Position numbers and translations under genes: made by a program
The notes under the pieces: model-generated
What the model was told of the DNA's origin: nothing
Seen by the model: the letters and a program-made list of their open reading frames with translations, nothing else
Databases searched by the model: none
In this document: positions 59,230-64,000 of the stretch, piece after piece
How the letters are laid out: the number at the start of each line of letters is the position of its first letter
Numbering within the stretch: position 1 is the stretch's first letter
DNA from: Alphaproteobacteria bacterium
Lineage (GTDB): Bacteria > Pseudomonadota > Alphaproteobacteria > UBA828
NCBI GenBank assembly: GCA_965221125.1
Contig: CBDCRW010000003.1
Coordinates: 416,001-480,000, forward strand
Length of the DNA: 64,000 nt
Reading direction: 5' to 3'

Positions 59230-60458
59230 GGCCCCTCCGCCGCGGCGAGAGGCTGAACGGGCGCCCGAGTACCATCGCCGGCGCCGTTGCCCTTGCCGTC
59301 GCAGGCGAGCAGGCGCAGCGTGCCGCGCTCCACCGAGAGCGCGAGGCGGCCGCTCACGAGGGCCAGCGCGTCGTCGCCAAAGAGCGAGCGGCGCCAGCCC
59401 TGCAGCGCCGGCACGCCGGCCGTCTCCCCGCGGGCGATCCGCTCCAGATCGTCGGCGCTCGCGATCAGCCGCCGCGCGACCCCGGTCTGCTCGCTCTTGA
59501 AGGTCAGCAGCACCTTGAGGAGGTCCGTCAACGCAGAAGGCGCCGACGACTTGTCGTTCCGGGCCGGCGGGCTGGGGCATTCCTCGTCGGGGAGCGCCAG
59601 GCCGCGCTTGACCGCCTCGAGCAGCGCCGTGCCGGTGGCGCTCTCGGCGGTCCGCTGGCTCACCGAGCGCAGCTTGGCAAGCTCCTTCACGGTGCGCGGG
59701 CGCTGCGCCGCGATTTCGCTGAGCGCGTTGTCGCGCAGGACCCAGGCGCGGGGCTTGTCGCGCCGGTCCGCCTCGATCTCGCGCCACGCCGCGAGCTCGC
59801 GCAGGATCGCGAGGTAGCGCCGATTGCCGCTGCGCACCTTGAGCCGCCGCCATGCCTCCTCGGGCGGCGCCTCGTAGGTGGCGCGGTCCGTGATCACGGC
59901 AAGCTCCTCGTCGAGCCACGAGCGCCGCCCGGTGCGCTCCAGCGTCGCCGCGAGTTTTTGGTAGACGACGCGCAGGTGGCTCACGTCGGAGAGCGCGTAG
60001 CGCAGCTGCCGCTCGGTCAGCGGCCGGCGCGCCCAGTCGGTGAAGCGCTGCGTCTTGTCGATGCGCCCGTTCGCGAGCTTCGCCACCAGCGTCTCGTAGC
60101 CGACCGAATCGCCGAAGCCGCAGACCATGGCGGCGATCTGGGTGTCGAAGAGCGGATGCGGCACGCCACCGGCGAGGGGTAGCAGCACCTCCACGTCCTG
60201 CCGCGCCGCGTGAAAGACCTTGAGGACGGGCGCACGAACCAGAAGCTCGTAGAGGGGGCTGAGGTCGATCCCGTTCGCGAGAGGGTCGACGGCGACCGGC
60301 TCGCCCTCCGGCGGGCCGATCTGCAGCAGGCAGAGCCTGGCGCGATAGCTGCTCTCGCGCATGAACTCGGTATCGACCGTGACGAACGCCGCCTCGCGCC
60401 ACGCCGCGCAGAGGCCGGCGAGCGTCGCGCTGTCGGCGATCAGCCGGGGTTCGCTCAC
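59226..60458 (-). CDS. rnd: Ribonuclease D
   Basis: VDTEFMRE, HAARQD, FDTQIAA, TDWARRPL, YALSDV, HRDC region, GWR. Confidence 0.94.
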   Translation of the reverse strand: MSEPRLIADSATLAGLCAAWREAAFVTVDTEFMRESSYRARLCLLQIGPPEGEPVAVDPLANGIDLSPLYELLVRAPVLKVFHAARQDVEVLLPLAGGVPHPLFDTQIAAMVCGFGDSVGYETLVAKLANGRIDKTQRFTDWARRPLTERQLRYALSDVSHLRVVYQKLAATLERTGRRSWLDEELAVITDRATYEAPPEEAWRRLKVRSGNRRYLAILRELAAWREIEADRRDKPRAWVLRDNALSEIAAQRPRTVKELAKLRSVSQRTAESATGTALLEAVKRGLALPDEECPSPPARNDKSSAPSALTDLLKVLLTFKSEQTGVARRLIASADDLERIARGETAGVPALQGWRRSLFGDDALALVSGRLALSVERGTLRLLACDGKGNGAGDGTRAPVQPLAAAEGP

Positions 60459-60477
60459 GGGGCGCCGCAGGGCGGTA

Positions 60478-61653
60478 TCACGCGGCAGCCGCCTCGGTCG
60501 CCGGCACACTGTCGCCGCTCGCGGCGGCAAGGGCGGCGCTCTGGCCCGTGCCGGTGATCCAGCCGCCGCCCAGCACCCGGTCACGGTCGTAGAGGACGCA
60601 GGCCTGCCCCGGCGCGGTGGCGGCCTCCGGCTCCTCCAGCGTGACCTCTGCGGTGCCGTCGGCCGCGCGCACGAGCCGCGCCGCGGCACCGGGATGGCTG
60701 GAGCGGAGGCGTGCCACCACGGCCCGCGCCGCGCCGGGCGCCGGCATGTCCGATCCGATCCAGGCGAGCGGGCCGATGAAGACGCGATCGCGCAGCAGCG
60801 CCGCCTGCGGGCCGACGACGACCTCGCGCTTCGCGGCATCGACCGCGAGCACGTAGAGCGGCTCCGGCCCTGCGATGCCGAGGCCGCGGCGCTGGCCCAC
60901 GGTAAAGTGGATGATGCCCTGGTGGCGGCCGAGGACCCGGCCCGCCCGGTCGACGATGGCGCCGGGCTCGGAGGCGCCGGGGCGGAGCCGCTCGATCACG
61001 CCGGCATAGCGGCCCGACGGCACGAAGCAGATGTCCTGGCTGTCGGGCTTGGCGGCGACGGCGAGGCCGAGGCGGTCCGCCTGCGCCCGCACCTGCGCCT
61101 TCGGCATGCCGCCGAGGGGGAAGCGCAGGAATTCGAGCTGTTCTGGTGTCGTCGCGAAGAGGAAGTAGCTCTGATCCCTGGCATGGTCGATCGCGCGGTG
61201 AAGCTCGGGCCCTGCCGGCCCGGCCACGCGCCGGACGTAGTGCCCGGTGGCGAGCGCATCCGCCCCGAGATCGCGGGCGAGGGCCAGAAGGTCGCGGAAC
61301 TTCACGCGCTCGTTGCAGCGCACGCAGGGGATCGGCGTCTCGCCGCGCAGGTAGGCGTCGGCGAAGTCGTCGATCACCGCCTCCCTGAAGCGTTCCTCGT
61401 AGTCGAGGACGTAGTGGCGGATGCCGAGCCGGTCGGCCACGCGGCGGGCGTCGTAGATGTCCTCGCCGGCACAGCAGGCGCCGGGACGGTCGCGTGGCGC
61501 TCCTGCCGCGTAGAGCTGGAGCGTGATGCCCACCACCTCGTAGCCCGCCTCCGCCACGAGCGCGGCGGTCACCGACGAATCGACGCCGCCCGACATGGCG
61601 ACGACGACGCGGGCGCCGCGGCCGAGGCCGAGATCAAGGGAGGATGAGGGCAT
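60478..61653 (-). CDS. mnmA: tRNA-specific 2-thiouridylase
   Basis: [43 protein letters not shown]. Confidence 0.96.
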   Translation of the reverse strand: MPSSSLDLGLGRGARVVVAMSGGVDSSVTAALVAEAGYEVVGITLQLYAAGAPRDRPGACCAGEDIYDARRVADRLGIRHYVLDYEERFREAVIDDFADAYLRGETPIPCVRCNERVKFRDLLALARDLGADALATGHYVRRVAGPAGPELHRAIDHARDQSYFLFATTPEQLEFLRFPLGGMPKAQVRAQADRLGLAVAAKPDSQDICFVPSGRYAGVIERLRPGASEPGAIVDRAGRVLGRHQGIIHFTVGQRRGLGIAGPEPLYVLAVDAAKREVVVGPQAALLRDRVFIGPLAWIGSDMPAPGAARAVVARLRSSHPGAAARLVRAADGTAEVTLEEPEAATAPGQACVLYDRDRVLGGGWITGTGQSAALAAASGDSVPATEAAAA

Positions 61654-61888
61654 GGCGCGCACTATAGGGTCGCTCCGGGTCGGCGCAAGTCGCCGACGCG
61701 CCCCGGTTGAAATCGCCGGGTTCCTCCCGCGTGCGCCGCGCGGCACCCGGAAACGTGGCGGCGATGAACGCGCGCGGGCGTGTCGGCTTGACTCCGATTT
61801 AGGCGGCCTCCTACGCTTCGATGGGTTGACAGCCCGTTACAGGAAAACGTCAGCCATCAGGCTGCGAGAACAATCAGGGAGAGCTTCA

Positions 61889-62998
61889 ATGAAATCGTTG
61901 AAACGATTGGCTGTGCTCGCATGCGCGAGCGCCTTCGTCGCTGGCGCTCTGTCCGCTCCATGGGCGACCGCGAAGGCCGAGGGGACAGGCACGCTCCAGG
62001 GCGACGGCAAGGCAATGGTGATGTTCGTCATGACGGCGTCGAACGTTTACGGCGCCAATCAGATCAAGGGGGCCGAGCAGGAAGCGGAGCGGCTCGGCTG
62101 GGATCTCACCGTGTTCCAGCACAACTTCTCCCAGCCGGAGCAGGACGCGCAGGTTCAGCAATACATCGCGAGCGGCGCTGAGCCGGAGGTCATCATCTTC
62201 TGGCCGTGGGTGGCCGATGCGGCGATCAACGCCGTGCGCCAGCTCTCGCGCCTCGCTCCGGTCATCCAGCTCACCCAGGAGCCGAACGAGCAGTCCTGGC
62301 CCTACGTCCAGGCGTACTCCGGCGCCAATCAGATCCTGATCGGCGAGACGCTCGGTCACATGATGCTGCAGGCCCGTGAGGCTGCGCGCGCTGCCGGCAT
62401 GGAGTTCAAGAGCCCCGAAGGGAACCTGCTGATATTCCAGCACCCCGAAGGCGAGAAGACCGGCGTCGAGCGGATGAAGGGGTTCCTGGCGGTGACCGCC
62501 GATGAGCCCTTCAACATCATCCACACCGAGTGGGGTCCCAACAGCCCCGAGACCGGCTACCAGATCGGCAGCCAGGTGGTGCCGAAATTCAAGGGCCAGT
62601 TCGACTTCCTGTTCGTGTCCAACCAGCAGGCGGCGAACGGCATCATCCGCGCTCTCAAGGAGAACGGGATTGCGCCGGGCCAGGACGTCTACATCGTTTC
62701 CGGCGACTGCTCAGGCAGTCTCGACGCGGTGAAGAACGGCGAGACCTTCGGCACCGGCATTCAGCCGGCCGCCGTCGAAGGCGCGCTCGCGGTCCGCTCG
62801 GCGGCCAAGTTCGTGGCCCACGGCCGGATCGAAGGCGACGTGATCCAGCTTGAGGTCGAGGCCGAGGCGCCCGAGGCCGAGAACACGCCGCCGGCGAAGT
62901 ACAACTACATGCCGCACGCTCCCGCGATCGGGGCGGAGGGTGTCGCCAACACGCGAATCTGGGGCTACACGGCGGACGAGATCTGCGCCGCCGGCTGA
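61889..62998 (+). CDS. Sugar ABC transporter substrate-binding protein (RbsB-like fold)
   Basis: Signal peptide; ERMKGF and IVSGD periplasmic-binding motifs; upstream of the ABC ATPase. Confidence 0.8.
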   Translation: MKSLKRLAVLACASAFVAGALSAPWATAKAEGTGTLQGDGKAMVMFVMTASNVYGANQIKGAEQEAERLGWDLTVFQHNFSQPEQDAQVQQYIASGAEPEVIIFWPWVADAAINAVRQLSRLAPVIQLTQEPNEQSWPYVQAYSGANQILIGETLGHMMLQAREAARAAGMEFKSPEGNLLIFQHPEGEKTGVERMKGFLAVTADEPFNIIHTEWGPNSPETGYQIGSQVVPKFKGQFDFLFVSNQQAANGIIRALKENGIAPGQDVYIVSGDCSGSLDAVKNGETFGTGIQPAAVEGALAVRSAAKFVAHGRIEGDVIQLEVEAEAPEAENTPPAKYNYMPHAPAIGAEGVANTRIWGYTADEICAAG

Positions 62999-63010
62999 AG
63001 ATTCCGTGCT

Positions 63011-64000
63011 GTGTCGGAAGAAGCCGCGGAGACAAGCGGTCTGAACGAGGAGACGGCGCCGCTGCTGCGACTCAGCGTGCGCCGTCTCTCCAAACGCTAC
63101 GGTAACGTCCAGGCGCTCGACAACGTCGACTTCCAATTGCGTCCGGGCGAGGTCATGGCGTTGCTCGGCGAGAACGGCGCCGGCAAGAGCACGCTCGTCA
63201 AGATTCTCTCCGGCCTCGTCCAGCCCGATTCGGGCACGATCGAGATCGACGGGAAGCCCGCGTCGCTCTACCCGAGCGCACGATCCCAATCGGCGGGCGT
63301 GGCCGTCGTCCACCAGGAATACAGCTCAGTCCCCACGCTGAGCGTGGCCGAGAACCTGGTGCTGGGCCAGAAGGGCATTCCGCCGATCTGGCTGCCGCGC
63401 GAGCTCAACGCCCGCGCCAGACGGCTGCTCGCCGGTGTCGGCCTGGACTACCTCGATCCGCGCACGCCGGTGGAGCGGCTCAGCGTCGCCGAGATGCAGC
63501 TGCTCGAGGTCGCGCGCCTGCTCGTGCGCGACGCGCGTATCCTGATCTTCGACGAGCCGACGGCGGCGCTTGCCGACCGCGAGATCGAACGCGTGCTCGC
63601 CGTCATCAAGCGGCTCTCGGCCGAGGGGCGCAGCGTCATCTACGTCACGCACCGGCTGCCCGAGGTGTTCCGCCTCGCCCATCGCGTGACGGTGTTTCGC
63701 AACGGACAGAGCCTGCCGGCCAGGTCCGCCAGCGAGCTCGACGTGGACGCGGTGATCGCGATGATGCTGGGGCGCGAGCTCGGCACGATGTTTCCCGCCC
63801 GCGGCTCGCTCTCCGACGAGCCGCTGCTCCGCGTCGACGGGCTGCTGGCGGAGGGGCTCGAAGAGCCGGTGAGCCTGAACGTCCATCCGGGCGAGATCGT
63901 GGGCCTGACCGGGCAGTTAGGCAGCGGCGCCAACGCGGTGGTCCAGTCGCTCGCCGGAATGCTGCCTCCGCTCGCGGGCCGGGTCGAGCTGAAGGGCACG
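63011..64000 (+). CDS. Sugar ABC transporter ATP-binding protein, 5' part (runs off the window edge)
   Basis: Manual translation: LSKRYGNVQALD..LGENGAGKSTL..VHQE..LIFDEPT..YVTHRL; not in the ORF track. Confidence 0.9.
   Translation, partial: MSEEAAETSGLNEETAPLLRLSVRRLSKRYGNVQALDNVDFQLRPGEVMALLGENGAGKSTLVKILSGLVQPDSGTIEIDGKPASLYPSARSQSAGVAVVHQEYSSVPTLSVAENLVLGQKGIPPIWLPRELNARARRLLAGVGLDYLDPRTPVERLSVAEMQLLEVARLLVRDARILIFDEPTAALADREIERVLAVIKRLSAEGRSVIYVTHRLPEVFRLAHRVTVFRNGQSLPARSASELDVDAVIAMMLGRELGTMFPARGSLSDEPLLRVDGLLAEGLEEPVSLNVHPGEIVGLTGQLGSGANAVVQSLAGMLPPLAGRVELKGT

Noticed and set aside
61654-61888. tRNA expected near mnmA
   Set aside because: No cloverleaf or T-arm GTTCRA signature recognisable.

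Overview
High-GC chromosomal segment of an alphaproteobacterium. It looks Rhodospirillales-like from gene content and a GTTC-N7-GTTC SOS box, but this is inference. Most of it is housekeeping and catabolic genes: thiE-efp-suhB, glmU-glmS, rpmE, xerD, aroK-aroB, accA, ccmABC, acnA, rnd, mnmA, several CoA transferases and acyl-CoA dehydrogenases, hydantoinase A/B, a GcvT-family dehydrogenase and a sugar ABC transporter. Accessory DNA comprises a partial IS1380 at the left edge, an AT-richer methyltransferase + PD-(D/E)xK nuclease island, a TbpB-like surface lipoprotein divergent from a LuxR-type regulator, and an AT-richer orphan with an RxxxxH (HEPN-like) motif. The most unusual signals are non-coding. 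(i) Two copies, 33 kb apart, of a ~300-350 bp element made of a shared 17-mer and a helically phased 10/11-bp TRTCTC repeat array; one copy is followed by an inverted unit and a LexA box. (ii) Four copies of a modular multi-hairpin repeat with compensatory changes, sitting at gene 3' ends. (iii) A second, two-copy hairpin repeat. Gene order also suggests two adjacent inversions sharing a breakpoint near 39.9 kb. No rRNA, tRNA or CRISPR array was seen.
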